A stretch of DNA of 64,000 nucleotides from Scytonema sp. NUACC26 (lineage in GTDB: Bacteria > Cyanobacteriota > Cyanobacteriia > Cyanobacteriales > Nostocaceae), in contig NZ_BAACAP010000234.1 in the NCBI RefSeq assembly GCF_045865695.1, positions 1-64,000 of the forward strand, written 5' to 3'. This document shows positions 28,456 to 39,223 of the stretch, piece by piece. A program made the position numbers and the translations under genes. The notes below the pieces were generated by a model, which was given only the letters and a program-made list of their open reading frames with translations, had not been told where the DNA came from and searched no databases. Position 1 is the first letter of the stretch. Each line of letters starts with the position of its first letter.

Positions 28456-28508
28456 ATATTATCGGAGGTTTTGAGTCAGGACGTTACCTTCGACTAGACT
28501 TTGATTTG
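28456..28508. repeat. 53-bp direct repeat of an internal patatin-gene segment (23454-23506), with one mismatch.
   Basis: atattatcggaggttttgagtc[a/g]ggacgttaccttcgactagactttgatttg in both places. The first copy encodes NIIGGFESGRYLRLDFDL inside the patatin gene. Confidence 0.75.
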
Positions 28509-28558
28509 TATCTCCCCTACGTATGTTTCCAATTTTAAACTTTACTAAATACTAGTAG

Positions 28559-29320
28559 ATGACGGACAATAAGCAGTACTTATACACTTCTCATCCTTTG
28601 GGTAAGGAGATCGACATAGATAAATATATGATTAAAGCCGTACTTTTTGACCTAGACGATACACTCGTAAATCATGATGCAGCAATTAGAGATACAGCAA
28701 GTGTGTTGTTCGATAAAGTCATACCTAATAGTAAACATGAGTTCAATGTATTCCAAGAACAATGGATATTTTTGAATCGAGAATGGTACAAAAAGTTCTT
28801 TGCCAAACAAGTCACATTTCAGGAATCAAGCAGAGGGAAACTGCGAGAGGCATTCTCGAAATACGGTTGTCAATTCTCAGACAGGGATGCAGATACCTTA
28901 TTATTAGAGTATTGGGAAGACTATGTAGGTAAATGTCAACTGTTTAATGATGTCGCTGAGTGTTTTGCACAATTACAGAAATACAAGATCGGAGTGGTAA
29001 CAAACGGTCAATCGGCGCAGCAGGTTGAAAAACTTAGACGATGCGGTATTTTATCAGTTGTAGATGTGGTTGTTACTTCAGAAATGGCAGGATTTGCGAA
29101 GCCTGCACCCCAGATTTTCCAATATGCTTGTGCCGAACTCGGAGCACAACAAACACTTTGTGTTTATGTCGGAGATAGTATTGAACTAGATGCGATCGCC
29201 GCCAGAGATGCCGGATTAATAGGAGTTTGGCTTAACCGTTTTCAAAGGGATTTGCAGGTATCTCCTCGGATTGTAAAACAAATCAATCGCCTCACTCAAC
29301 TACTAGAGGTAGTTTTGTAG
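28559..29320 (+). CDS. HAD-superfamily hydrolase (HAD-IA).
   Basis: Motif I AVLFDLDDTLV, motif II VVTNG, motif IV GDSIELD. Confidence 0.8.
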   Translation: MTDNKQYLYTSHPLGKEIDIDKYMIKAVLFDLDDTLVNHDAAIRDTASVLFDKVIPNSKHEFNVFQEQWIFLNREWYKKFFAKQVTFQESSRGKLREAFSKYGCQFSDRDADTLLLEYWEDYVGKCQLFNDVAECFAQLQKYKIGVVTNGQSAQQVEKLRRCGILSVVDVVVTSEMAGFAKPAPQIFQYACAELGAQQTLCVYVGDSIELDAIAARDAGLIGVWLNRFQRDLQVSPRIVKQINRLTQLLEVVL

Positions 29321-29457
29321 AAGCTCCTTCTGCAAAGGTGTTATTTGAAGTATTATCGCCGATCGCAGCAATGGGGAATAGCGCACTGAACTTATTAGAT
29401 GTATCAAATTCAGTACTAGCTCAAGCAAGAACAGATGTCATTCATTAGCAAGTTATT

Positions 29458-29916
29458 ATGGAACAAATACAAAAACCCTATCAAGTCAATATTAGACCTG
29501 GTGAAATTAAAGATGCCGAGCGAATGACTATTCTTTGTAAAGAACTTGGGTATCCTGTCACGCTTCAAGAAATTCAGCAACGTCTCGCCTCAATTCAACG
29601 AAATAAGACTCATGCTATTTATGTAGCGACCCTAGCAGATGACTATGTTGTTGCTTGGGCGCACGCTCACATTTGCGACACAATAATTAGCCCTACACAG
29701 GCGATACTCTTCGGATTAATTGTAGATGAAAGTTATCGTCATTGTGGAATTGGGAGTCTGTTAATGCAACACATTGAGCATTGGGCGCTTCTAAATAACT
29801 GTCAAGGAGTTCTTTTTCGCTCTAATATTAAACGCAAAGAAGCTCACTCTTTTTATGAGAGAATTGGTTATACCAATATAAAACAGTCCCTCACGTTTCA
29901 AAAAGTATTAACTTAG
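29458..29916 (+). CDS. GNAT family N-acetyltransferase.
   Basis: Acetyl-CoA binding core LIVDESYRHCGIGSLLMQHIEHWA. Confidence 0.8.
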   Translation: MEQIQKPYQVNIRPGEIKDAERMTILCKELGYPVTLQEIQQRLASIQRNKTHAIYVATLADDYVVAWAHAHICDTIISPTQAILFGLIVDESYRHCGIGSLLMQHIEHWALLNNCQGVLFRSNIKRKEAHSFYERIGYTNIKQSLTFQKVLT

Positions 29917-29923
29917 GAAAAAT

Positions 29924-31087
29924 ATGCAATTAACGGCATCTTCCATACCTCAAGGATTTAGTACATTTGTGACCAACCTAGGAATACGAGATACTAGTGA
30001 GGATTTCTTATTTATCAAATCGGACGTTGAAAGTGTTGCTGATGGAGTTTTTACTCAAAGTCTTTTTGCTGGTCCAAGCGTAACAATTAGTCGCGAACAC
30101 TTAAAGGATTCAAAAGCACAAGGAATTATTGTTATCTCCAAAAATGCCAATGTTGCTAATGGTGTTGTTGGCAAAACGGATGCAGAAGAAGTGATACAAC
30201 TTGTTTCTGCTGAAACTGGAGTTCCTGCAAATAATATCTTGATTGCTTCTACAGGTGTTATTGGTAGACGTTACCCAATGGAAAAAATCCGAGCAGGTTT
30301 ATCAGGTATAGGAAAAAAATTAGTTCCTGCTGATTTTCATTTAGCTTCTCGTGCTATTATGACTACCGATAACACACCTAAGTTGGCAACACGGCAAGTC
30401 GGGAATGCAAAGCTAGTAGGAATTGCCAAAGGTGTCGGTATGATTGAGCCTAATATGGCAACGTTGCTGACTTTCTTTTTTACAGATGCTGCTCTTTCTC
30501 CAGATGTGTTACGTTCTATTTTTCGACCTATTATAGATAAAACTTTTAATTGTCTGAGTATAGACACTGATACTTCTACTAGCGATACTGCTGTCATTCT
30601 TGCTAATGGTTTGGCTGGAGAAGTTCAGGAACATGAATTTTCTCGTGCATTATATGAAATTGCTCATGAGTTAACCTTAATGATAGCGCGAGATGGAGAA
30701 GGTGCTACTAAGGTAATTGAAGTGACGGTAGATTCAGCTAGCAGTTATTCACAAGCTAGACGAGTTGCCAAAGCAATTGTGAATTCACCCTTGGTGAAAA
30801 CTGCAGTGTATGGAGCAGATCCAAATTGGGGAAGAGTGGCTATGGCTATGGGGAAATGTGAAAGCGATCGCGAAATCAATCAGGATAATGTTGTTATTAG
30901 GTTTGATAATATTCAAGTTTATCCTAATAGTTCCAATGATGAAAATCTCGAACAGTTGCGACAAATTATGTCAAAGGACAAAGTGAATATCCATGTAAGC
31001 CTGAATATTGGAGAAGCTTCTGCAACTGTCTGGGGTTGCGACCTATCGGAAGGTTATGTAGACACTAATTCTAAGTACTCAACTTAG
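29924..31087 (+). CDS. ArgJ-family protein (ornithine acetyltransferase / N-acetylglutamate synthase fold). Clustered with GNAT and HAD genes, so it could be a secondary-metabolism paralog rather than the housekeeping argJ.
   Basis: Autoproteolytic-site region PNMATLLTFFFTDAALS (ATML-type motif with Thr nucleophile) and ArgJ C-terminal KVIEVTVDSASS...AKAIVNSPLVKTAVYGADPNWGRV. Confidence 0.75.
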   Translation: MQLTASSIPQGFSTFVTNLGIRDTSEDFLFIKSDVESVADGVFTQSLFAGPSVTISREHLKDSKAQGIIVISKNANVANGVVGKTDAEEVIQLVSAETGVPANNILIASTGVIGRRYPMEKIRAGLSGIGKKLVPADFHLASRAIMTTDNTPKLATRQVGNAKLVGIAKGVGMIEPNMATLLTFFFTDAALSPDVLRSIFRPIIDKTFNCLSIDTDTSTSDTAVILANGLAGEVQEHEFSRALYEIAHELTLMIARDGEGATKVIEVTVDSASSYSQARRVAKAIVNSPLVKTAVYGADPNWGRVAMAMGKCESDREINQDNVVIRFDNIQVYPNSSNDENLEQLRQIMSKDKVNIHVSLNIGEASATVWGCDLSEGYVDTNSKYST

Positions 31088-31124
31088 TTAGTGGTGAGTG
31101 GTTAGTTGTGATTTTAATCGCATT

Positions 31125-31232
31125 ATTACCCCCCATTATCCCCCCGATGTATTGGGGGGAAACAAGAAAAATTCGGTTCCCTCCCCTTTCACGCGTGGAG
31201 GGTTAGGGTGGGGTAAAAAATATTTGATACAT
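31125..31232. repeat. Dispersed repeat (gggaaacaagaaa ... gagggttagggtggggtaaaa) related to the nested repeats at 58330-58640.
   Basis: Shared blocks ccccc..tggggggaaacaagaaa and gagggttagggtggggtaaaa with 58340-58400 and 58618-58645. Confidence 0.6.
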
Positions 31233-31276
31233 CAATCATGACTTTTAAAACATCCTCTCAATCCAAAATAGTATTG

Positions 31277-31450
31277 CTATTGTGTTACATGAAATTCGGT
31301 TGTCTTCTTATTGATTGCAGAAAGCAGTCCGCCTTGACGATAGCGGAAGACGATTAGGGGTGTTTGTTCGTAAAACCCAAGTACTTCCATAACATCACCA
31401 ATATCGTAACGGTAGAAACCACTATAATTAACTAATAATGAAGTGGCTAC
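31277..31450 (-). pseudogene. Partial duplicate (3' fragment) of the adjacent GH3-family gene.
   Basis: Encodes NYSGFYRYDIGDVMEVLGFYEQTPLIVFRYRQGGLLSAINKKTTEFHVTQ, about 95% identical to residues of the 559-aa GH3 protein. It lacks the rest of the gene. Confidence 0.8.
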
Positions 31451-31724
31451 CGCCATCGCTTTGTGTGCCAAAGAGTAAATTACATACACAAGCATAAATG
31501 TACAACTCGTTAACTCCCTTGTGGAAGTGGTGCTAAACCTCTCTCCCGAAGACCAGAAACTTTTTCAATCCAGACTCAATGCCAGATAGGTAGAGGCAGC
31601 AACTAACAAAAATTTGACACCAACAGAAAAAGCCGAGCAATTTCGTCAATGGGTGGCTCAATTCCCCAAAAGTAGTGTAAGCCTGTTTGCCGAAGCTTGC
31701 CAGCGTGAAAATATTGATGACGAG

Positions 31725-33404
31725 CTAATCTTCTGACAATCTCACCTCATATTGAACTGGTAACCCAGCAAGAAAAGCCCGGTTTTCACTAATATGAGGT
31801 ACTTTCAATTGTCCCTCTGGAATTCCATTTTGCAGTTGACGTTGGCGGAGTGTAGTAAAGCTACCTGGGGCTAAAATTCGGAGTCGCGGAGGCGGTACTC
31901 GATCCCGGCGATTGGCTTCGTAGGAAATATGAATTTCCTTTAGCTTGCTGTCAAAGCTGGATAGAAAGGCTTGGGGATCGCTAAGTGTATAATCGGGGGT
32001 AAGTTCAATGTTGATTAAATAGTAAGATGGGAAATCATTTTCAGCCAAGGTGATACAAAAATCTTCTAAGGATACGCTGAAATCTCGTTGCAAAGCTTGC
32101 ATCACTTGTGTTACATGAAATTCAGTTGTCTTCTCATTAATTGCTGAAAGCAGTCCACCTTGACGGTAGCGGAAGACAATTAGGGGTGTCTGTTCGTAAA
32201 ACCCAAGAACTTCTACAACATCACCAATGTCGTAACGGTAGAAACCACTATAATTGGTTACTAAGATGCGATATCGCTCTCCAGTTTTTACCTCATTAGC
32301 TAGTAGGGTTTTAGGATGCTCTGCTTCCCACTGGTCTTCTGGTACAAACTCAAAAAAGCCAGTCTCAATTGCTAAGATGCTGCTATCTTCATTTACATCG
32401 TGGTAAATACCGAAAATGGCTTCTGAGGTGGAATAACCCGCACCAAATTGCGGTGTATCTCCAAAATAAGTGGGAAATCGTTCAAAATAAAAGTCCGACG
32501 TTCCTCCACGCGCAGCAATAATAAACGATAAATTGGGCCAAGCGAGTTTGGGGACTATTCGTCCTTGCGATCTCCAGATTTCTCTTAATTGTGCGGCTCG
32601 CTTGGGATTTGCAAACCATCCTTTTTCTAATTTTACTCGCAATTCAGGAGCGATTTTTAACCAACTTGCGATCGCTCCAGTCTCTATATCTCTAATTAAC
32701 TCTTCAGCGTAACGTTCCAGATAACTACAATTTTGCAATATAAGCATGGGAAAGCTTTCCGCCATCCCCCGCATGGAGTCTTCTCGCAAGGCGAACAGCA
32801 AACAAACATAATGACGAGCTAAGCTATCAGCGATTTCTAGGGTTTCATAAGGGTTAGCAAATAGCTGCTGGCAGATAAACTTACTCATACGAAGGTTAAC
32901 TTCACCAGCTGTACCATACTCAATACCGCCCGTAGTACGTCCTTGCAGCTGTACTGACTTGGTTACCATTAATTTACCAAACTCTAACCCTCTTGCTGAC
33001 AGCGCCTCACATAAAAAGCCAGTGCTCGTCCAATAAGCCTTTTCTAAAGATTTCTTTGTTTTCCGAGTGACCGGAACTAGTTTCTTTTTTCCAGTCGATC
33101 CGCTGCTTTGAATGAGGTGAGCGATGGGTTCGGCTGTGAGAATGTTTGCTTCACCTTTTGCTATACGTGTAGTGTAAGGTTCATAGCTGCTGTAAGGTAG
33201 AACTGGAACCTGCTCTCGAAAGCGATCGATAGTTTTAATGTCTCTAAGTCCATATTCCCGACCTAGTTCAGTATTTTGATGTGCTAACAGCAGATTGCGT
33301 AAAAAATTCTCTTGCACAGCACTAATTTGACGAGTTTTTCTCACAAAATTGGCTTTCGACTGTCTAGCTATAGCGCCTAAAACTGAAAAAAAGAAATTTT
33401 CCAT
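31725..33404 (-). CDS. GH3-family acyl-acid amido synthetase (adenylate-forming).
   Basis: GH3 motif LIQSSGSTGKKKLVP, roughly 560 aa, family-typical C-terminal YRYDIGDVVEV. Confidence 0.8.
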   Translation of the reverse strand: MENFFFSVLGAIARQSKANFVRKTRQISAVQENFLRNLLLAHQNTELGREYGLRDIKTIDRFREQVPVLPYSSYEPYTTRIAKGEANILTAEPIAHLIQSSGSTGKKKLVPVTRKTKKSLEKAYWTSTGFLCEALSARGLEFGKLMVTKSVQLQGRTTGGIEYGTAGEVNLRMSKFICQQLFANPYETLEIADSLARHYVCLLFALREDSMRGMAESFPMLILQNCSYLERYAEELIRDIETGAIASWLKIAPELRVKLEKGWFANPKRAAQLREIWRSQGRIVPKLAWPNLSFIIAARGGTSDFYFERFPTYFGDTPQFGAGYSTSEAIFGIYHDVNEDSSILAIETGFFEFVPEDQWEAEHPKTLLANEVKTGERYRILVTNYSGFYRYDIGDVVEVLGFYEQTPLIVFRYRQGGLLSAINEKTTEFHVTQVMQALQRDFSVSLEDFCITLAENDFPSYYLINIELTPDYTLSDPQAFLSSFDSKLKEIHISYEANRRDRVPPPRLRILAPGSFTTLRQRQLQNGIPEGQLKVPHISENRAFLAGLPVQYEVRLSED

Positions 33405-33615
33405 TGAGGTTTCGTAAACGTCCGAGCTTTCTGTGGAAGAAGTACAGTCGTAAATGTACCCTGTTTTTAGTACACCTTAACAGAGGCATCTCCTACTCCC
33501 TACTCCCCACTCCCTATTTCTAATAAAGTTGAACAGAACGGGAGCTATTTTGGTCTTTTATATGTCTATTTCTACATCCTGGTATGTTAACTGGTAACTA
33601 AGTAACTCGGCATAG

Positions 33616-34791
33616 ATGACCAACATTTCCTTTTCCAAACAGGCTCCCACATTATTGGTACTATTGGCGGCGGGCTGTCTAACTAGCATGACAGGTGGTA
33701 TTATAGCACCTGTGTTTCCTGAGATTGTAGAACAATTACGGATCGATCCGGGTTGGGCTGGAACTCTTGTCAGTATCCACACTTTGATGACTGCCCTCTC
33801 TAGTCCAGTGTTGGGTGTTTTAGCAGATCGTATTGGTAAAGTAAAAGTCTTGATTTTCTCACTGGTTTGCTACGGTTTGTTTGGCGCGGCTGGTGGGTTA
33901 ATGCAAAGCTTTGACTCTCTGCTATTGATGCGTGCTCTATTAGGCGTGAGTAATGGTGGCATTGCGGCGGCTAGTATAGGTCTGCTGGGAGGGATGTATG
34001 AAGGAGAGTCGCGATCGCGAGTTATGGGTTACGCTACTAGTGCGCTAGCAACTGCCAGTATAATATTTCCTCTTTTAGGGGGATGGGTAGGGTCTGCTCA
34101 CTGGCGATTTGCTTTCTGTCTTTACGTTTTGGCGCTCCCTGTAGCGCTAGCAGCAACCTTGGTTCTACGAAAAAGAAAATTTCAACAGGCAACAACTCTT
34201 GACTTAAAAAACACCCAAAATCTCAGTACAAGTCTGTTAAAACCTAGTGTCCTCATGCTCTTTCTAGGACTAGCACTTGCCTCAGCGATGTTCTATGTCG
34301 TAATTGTTTACGCTCCTCTTTATTTCAAAGCTGCTATTGGAGCTGATACGGTAATCAACGGTGCGATTCTCGCGTCAAGAGCCATTGGTGCAGCGATCGC
34401 ATCCGTAGTAGCTGCTAGTCTGCTAGCCAAAAGATTCGGGGTCACCCCAGCCATCGGTATGGGCTTTGGATTGATGGCGCTTACATTAATCACAATTCCC
34501 CATCTAGAACACGTTCAATTAGCTTTGTTCGCTGCACTTTTATTTGGAATGGGATTTGGCATCGTCATGCCCAACCTTTACAGCATATTATCTGACTTAT
34601 CCCCTGTAAATCAGCGTTCTGGTATATTGGCGATCGGCACTGGAATTTCTTCACTCGGACAATTTCTATCTCCCGTTTTTCTCGGACCCATATGGAAAAG
34701 CAGTGGTGAAGTCGTGTTTTATGTAGCAGGTGCTGTAGGAATCGTCATTTGTTGTCTCAGTCTCTTAAAATCAGTGACCAGTAACCAGTGA
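33616..34791 (+). CDS. MFS transporter. The 3' end runs into an STRR heptamer array.
   Basis: 12 predicted TM segments, MFS motif GVLADRIGK. The C-terminal SVTSNQ is encoded by TCAGTGACCAGTAACCAG STRR units. Confidence 0.85.
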   Translation: MTNISFSKQAPTLLVLLAAGCLTSMTGGIIAPVFPEIVEQLRIDPGWAGTLVSIHTLMTALSSPVLGVLADRIGKVKVLIFSLVCYGLFGAAGGLMQSFDSLLLMRALLGVSNGGIAAASIGLLGGMYEGESRSRVMGYATSALATASIIFPLLGGWVGSAHWRFAFCLYVLALPVALAATLVLRKRKFQQATTLDLKNTQNLSTSLLKPSVLMLFLGLALASAMFYVVIVYAPLYFKAAIGADTVINGAILASRAIGAAIASVVAASLLAKRFGVTPAIGMGFGLMALTLITIPHLEHVQLALFAALLFGMGFGIVMPNLYSILSDLSPVNQRSGILAIGTGISSLGQFLSPVFLGPIWKSSGEVVFYVAGAVGIVICCLSLLKSVTSNQ

Positions 34792-34850
34792 CCAGTAATC
34801 AGTGACCAGTGACCAGTGACCACTAACCACTAACCACTAACAACTAACCA
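34772..34850. repeat. STRR heptamer array (CAGTGAC/CACTAAC) between convergent genes.
   Basis: tcagtgaccagtaaccagtgaccagtaatcagtgaccagtgaccagtgaccactaaccactaaccactaac. Confidence 0.85.
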
Positions 34851-35581
34851 CGCTCCTGTAAAACTTTTTCAAATCGGTTTTCCCAAGTTTTGTGATTGGA
34901 TTTAGCTTCTTGAACTAAAGGTGACAAAGACAATATCTGATTCACAAGCCAATTGACTACAGAGAGGGGAAACCTTAGCGGTCTGGCAATGTCTAGAAAT
35001 AATACCGCACGGTATCCCTCTGTATCATTCCAAACTTCATGGGGAAATGTATCATCGAAAAACAGACTCTTTCCTTCTTCCCAGTATGCTATTCGATCGC
35101 CTATGCGAATTCGACAGGCAGCTCGTGGTTCGGGTACTATCAATCCTAAATGATATCGAATCAACCCCTTATGCTTTCCTCTATGTTCGGGGATGTGCTT
35201 GCCAGGAGCTAGAATCGAAAAAAATGCTGCTTTCAAACCTGGAATTTGCTGCAATAGTTTCCAGGTTTCGGGACACCGTTCGCAATTCTTTTTTGCTGTA
35301 AAGCCAAAGGCATAAAAATAATAAGTCTTCCAGCCATCGTCTGGACTAATACGTTGTTGGCGAGGCATAATATCTTGAAAGTTTGGCAACGCATGAGTGT
35401 GCTGGAGAACCTGCTCTAACTCCTTGCGAATAACTAACCAATTTGTTTCTAGTTCACTAGCCCAAGGAAACTGCTCATTATCAAAAAAAAGAGAATCTCC
35501 AACCTTAGAATATTTAGACACTAAACTCTCTAGTTTTTTTACAACAGGAGTTTTAATAACTTCGCTCACCAAGTCTTTCAT
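34844..35581 (-). CDS. Aspartyl/asparaginyl beta-hydroxylase family (2OG-Fe(II)-dependent, LpxO-like) protein.
   Basis: HIPEHRGKHKGLIRYHLGLIVP (HxD/E...H cupin-type iron site of PF05118). Confidence 0.75.
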   Translation of the reverse strand: MKDLVSEVIKTPVVKKLESLVSKYSKVGDSLFFDNEQFPWASELETNWLVIRKELEQVLQHTHALPNFQDIMPRQQRISPDDGWKTYYFYAFGFTAKKNCERCPETWKLLQQIPGLKAAFFSILAPGKHIPEHRGKHKGLIRYHLGLIVPEPRAACRIRIGDRIAYWEEGKSLFFDDTFPHEVWNDTEGYRAVLFLDIARPLRFPLSVVNWLVNQILSLSPLVQEAKSNHKTWENRFEKVLQERG

Positions 35582-36030
35582 TGATTACTGCTCACTGTTA
35601 ACATATAAACCAATTTAACTAACTACTCCAATTTTGTATAATTTCTGCAAATTCTGCATAACCTGTAGATTGAGGATGAGCACCATCATTAGCTTTATTC
35701 AGTTAATTTTTTTGGCTTGAAGCTACGAGCGCTAATGAGTTATCGTTGTAGAGCTAAGAAACTGATTTATCCATTGGCTGTAAATATCGGCAGCACAGTT
35801 GGGTATTTCCACAATCGTACCAACACTGCAAGTTAAACCAGATACACTGATAGCTTGTGCGGATAAAGCTTTGTATAATCCTAAACAACAAGGGCGCGAT
35901 CGGCTCTGTACAGCTTGAGTACAAATTGTTGAACAAAAATGAGAGATTAGTTACAAATGTTTGAGTGGGATCGCTTTTTTCTATAATTAGATGAAAAAAT
36001 AGTCATAGCAGTCTAGTTGAGAAACTAGTT

Positions 36031-36417
36031 ATGACTCGGCATGAGAATATTGCTCAATCGAAAGCCAATTCGTGTTCCTTACAATGCAGTACAAGACACT
36101 GGGGCAAAGTTGAAGTCCTTGAGAAAGGCAACAACTATCGGATTAACCGGATAGAAATCAAACCCAAACACAGTATCAAACAACAAATTCACTATCATAG
36201 ATGCGAACATTGGGTTGTTGTTTCAGGAACTGCAAAGGTTACCTGTGGTAACCAAGAGTTATTACTAAACCGGAATGAGTCCACGTTTGTGCCTTCTGCA
36301 ACGTTTCACAGAGTAGAAAATCCAGGGTTTATTCCGCTAATTATCTTGGAGATTCAAAATGGGGAGTATTTAGGCGAAGATGACACGGGACGCGCTGTGG
36401 ATTTAACGGCAGTTTAA
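36031..36417 (+). CDS. Small cupin protein (phosphomannose-isomerase type II C-terminal-like cupin_2).
   Basis: YHRCEHWVVVSGTAKVTCGNQELLLNRNESTFVPSATFHRVENPGFIPLIILEIQNGEY. Confidence 0.75.
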   Translation: MTRHENIAQSKANSCSLQCSTRHWGKVEVLEKGNNYRINRIEIKPKHSIKQQIHYHRCEHWVVVSGTAKVTCGNQELLLNRNESTFVPSATFHRVENPGFIPLIILEIQNGEYLGEDDTGRAVDLTAV

Positions 36418-36651
36418 TTGCTACTGGTAGTCTGTCGCATTCACTATAGCGCTTCTCACTTGAATCCAATGCAGTTTTTGTGGTACTATGCATCTTGCCC
36501 GCCTAGAACGGGCGAGACGCCCGTACCACAACACTATTATCTGCGTAAGAGAACAACTGTAATGTTGTTACAGTTTTTGATACACAAGCCTCCGATCGCA
36601 CAGACTCCCTACAAAATAGCGATCGTTATCTAGTAGAGAGACTTAACAATT

Positions 36652-37044
36652 ATGACTCAAGCTGAAAATAGTGCTCAGCTAAACGCGAATCCTACCTCCT
36701 CCCATGCTGGTACGAGGTATTGGGGAAAGGTTGAGGTCATAGAAGAAGGAGAATATTATCGAATTAGCCGTGTAGAAATTAAACCTAAGCACAGTATTAA
36801 ACCACAAATTCATTACCATCGTAGCGAACATTGGGTTGTTGTTTCGGGTACTGCAAAGGTTACTTGTAACGACCGAGAAATATTACTAAACTGCAATGAG
36901 TCAACTTTTGTACCACCTGCAACGCTTCACAAGGTGGAAAACCCTGGATTTATTCCACTGATTATTCTGGAAATTCAGAATGGAGAGTACTTGGGTGAAG
37001 ATGATACCGAACGCCCCATGGATTTGGCTTTAGTTGAATCTTGA
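36652..37044 (+). CDS. Small cupin protein, tandem paralog (about 75% identity) of the 36031-36417 gene.
   Basis: YHRSEHWVVVSGTAKVTCNDREILLNCNESTFVPPATLHKVENPGFIPLIILEIQNGEY. Confidence 0.75.
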   Translation: MTQAENSAQLNANPTSSHAGTRYWGKVEVIEEGEYYRISRVEIKPKHSIKPQIHYHRSEHWVVVSGTAKVTCNDREILLNCNESTFVPPATLHKVENPGFIPLIILEIQNGEYLGEDDTERPMDLALVES

Positions 37045-37122
37045 GCAGGTAGTTAATTTGCGTAGAAGCAAAAGTGCTTAGGAGCGGGTAAGGTTTGAGG
37101 GTCGCCCCTCGCCCCTCAAACC

Positions 37123-38613
37123 TTACCCGCTCTGATTCATTACTCGATCGCGCCCTTGTTTTTTGGCTTGATAAAGTGCTTTATCGGCTAATGTGACTAA
37201 CTCTTCAGGTAAAGTCTCTGATGTTGGAATCAAACTACTGACTCCCAAACTTAATGTTACATAGCCCTCACACTGGGATTGGGGTAATGGTAATTTAAGT
37301 TTTTGAATTTCTGCTCGTATGAGTTCTGCTACTTGTATTGCTCCTGTTGAGTTAGTATTCGGAAGGAGAATTGCAAATTCGTCTCCACCATAACGAGAAA
37401 CTAAGTCAGCAGAGCGTTTTACACAATTACTAATCGCACTAGCAACTTTTTGCAAACAATAATCTCCGGCTAGATGACCGAGTGCGTCGTTATAGCCTTT
37501 AAAATTATCAATATCGCATAGAATTAACGACAAAGGTAACTGCTCTCTTTGTAGCCTCCGCCATTCTTTTTGTAAAGCTTGGTCTAATTTGCGGCGATTA
37601 GCTACATGAGTTAACCCATCTAAATGAGCAAGGCGTTCTAGTTCTTTATTGGCTTGTTCTAATTGCTGATAAAGCTGTGATTGTTGGATTGCGATCGCTA
37701 ATTGATCGGCGATTACTTTAACAAGTTGCAAATCGGATTCCGTCCAAGGACATGATTGATGTCTCACAATACAGAGGCTTCCCCAAACCTTTTCGTTTAA
37801 ATAAATAGGGATAGGCAAACAAACTTTTGAATACTGTTCGAGCCAATTTAGACTATCAGTTGATTGCTTCACTCGATCTAAACAAAAATTTTGTAACTGT
37901 TCGAGTTGTTCAGCTAAAAAATTATTTGTAGGAAAAATTTCTTGTTTTTGTAAACTTAGAAATGATGTTCCAGGCAAATACTGTTCTACGAGTTGCCATG
38001 TTTCTTCGTTGGATGAATACTGCATAATTCCAACCCACATAGCCTCGACTAAATTACCGATACCCGTCACAGTTGTAGAAAAGATAGCCTCTAAATCTAA
38101 AGAATTGCGAATGGCTTGAATCATACGGTTTAGAGTTTGCTCGCGTTGATATTGCGATCGCAATGCTGCTTCTGTTTGTTGGCGTTGTAAAATCTCTCTT
38201 TCAAGTTGTTGTTTTTGAGAAATAATCATTATTTGATTATTCACTCGTGCCAAAATTTCCTGAATTTGAAAAGGTTTAGTCACATAATCTGCTGCCCCAA
38301 TCTGAAATGCTTTAGCTTTATCTAAGCCTTCACTTAAAGCGCTTAGAAAGATAATTGGAATGTCTCTAGTTTGCGGGTCTAGTTTCAACTTTTGACAAAC
38401 TTCATATCCACTCATATCTGGCATAAGAATATCCAGTAAAATTAAATCTGGTGGAGAAATTAAAGCTACCTCCAGCGCTACTTGACCGCTTGTTACAGGT
38501 CTAATTTTATAACCATTTTTTCCTAAAATTTTAAAGAGTAAACCTAAATTACTTGGTGTATCATCTACTACTAAAATTTCTGCTCTTAAAGTGTTTTTCT
38601 TTGTATAACTCAT
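37123..38613 (-). CDS. Response regulator with REC, GAF-like and GGDEF diguanylate cyclase domains.
   Basis: REC domain [11 protein letters not shown]...[14 protein letters not shown]...K. GGDEF active site [11 protein letters not shown] with the upstream D-x-LTG-L-N-R pattern. Confidence 0.9.
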   Translation of the reverse strand: MSYTKKNTLRAEILVVDDTPSNLGLLFKILGKNGYKIRPVTSGQVALEVALISPPDLILLDILMPDMSGYEVCQKLKLDPQTRDIPIIFLSALSEGLDKAKAFQIGAADYVTKPFQIQEILARVNNQIMIISQKQQLEREILQRQQTEAALRSQYQREQTLNRMIQAIRNSLDLEAIFSTTVTGIGNLVEAMWVGIMQYSSNEETWQLVEQYLPGTSFLSLQKQEIFPTNNFLAEQLEQLQNFCLDRVKQSTDSLNWLEQYSKVCLPIPIYLNEKVWGSLCIVRHQSCPWTESDLQLVKVIADQLAIAIQQSQLYQQLEQANKELERLAHLDGLTHVANRRKLDQALQKEWRRLQREQLPLSLILCDIDNFKGYNDALGHLAGDYCLQKVASAISNCVKRSADLVSRYGGDEFAILLPNTNSTGAIQVAELIRAEIQKLKLPLPQSQCEGYVTLSLGVSSLIPTSETLPEELVTLADKALYQAKKQGRDRVMNQSG

Positions 38614-39223
38614 TGGTTAATATGACAAAAGTATAAAAACAAGTCATTCATATAGAACTCCTATTTGATTTATGAAATATAAGTAGTAGGGTGGGCAATG
38701 CCCAACGCCACTCCTCTCAACGCGCACAAAGACGCGCACTCCAGGTGGCTCCCCTACAGTACTTAGATTTTTTCACCAATCAGGTAGGATTCCTATATTT
38801 ATACTTTTGCTTTAGAAAAATTAAAATAACCATAGTATTTCTGATGAAAAAATAATCGAGCAATTAAATCTACGTTATTGTACTTAATTTCTTGAATCTT
38901 ATACTTGTCGTTGTGTTATTAATTTTATCTGAAAGAATACTGAATTCACTAATAAAGAGTTACAAGGTTTATTCCGGATAGTTATGGAATTTTATATTAA
39001 ACAAGTAAAATTTTTACTAACGGAAGATAGTATCAAGGAGTGAGGATAAAGGATGGAATTTTGAGAAGTCCCTAAATTTACTTAGGAAAAAAAGAAAGAG
39101 AAGCCGTTAATTTTTCAAATACATGACTGCTCAGTCCCTTCTTCCTTTAATAAAAAGCAAAAAAAATTAAGTATTATTACAAGCTTATCTTGCATCACTT
39201 ATTGTGTAAAAGTGAACTTTTGG

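Noticed and set aside
35754-35936. 60-aa Cys-rich ORF.
   Set aside because: Intergenic, no RBS, low-complexity. Likely a chance ORF.
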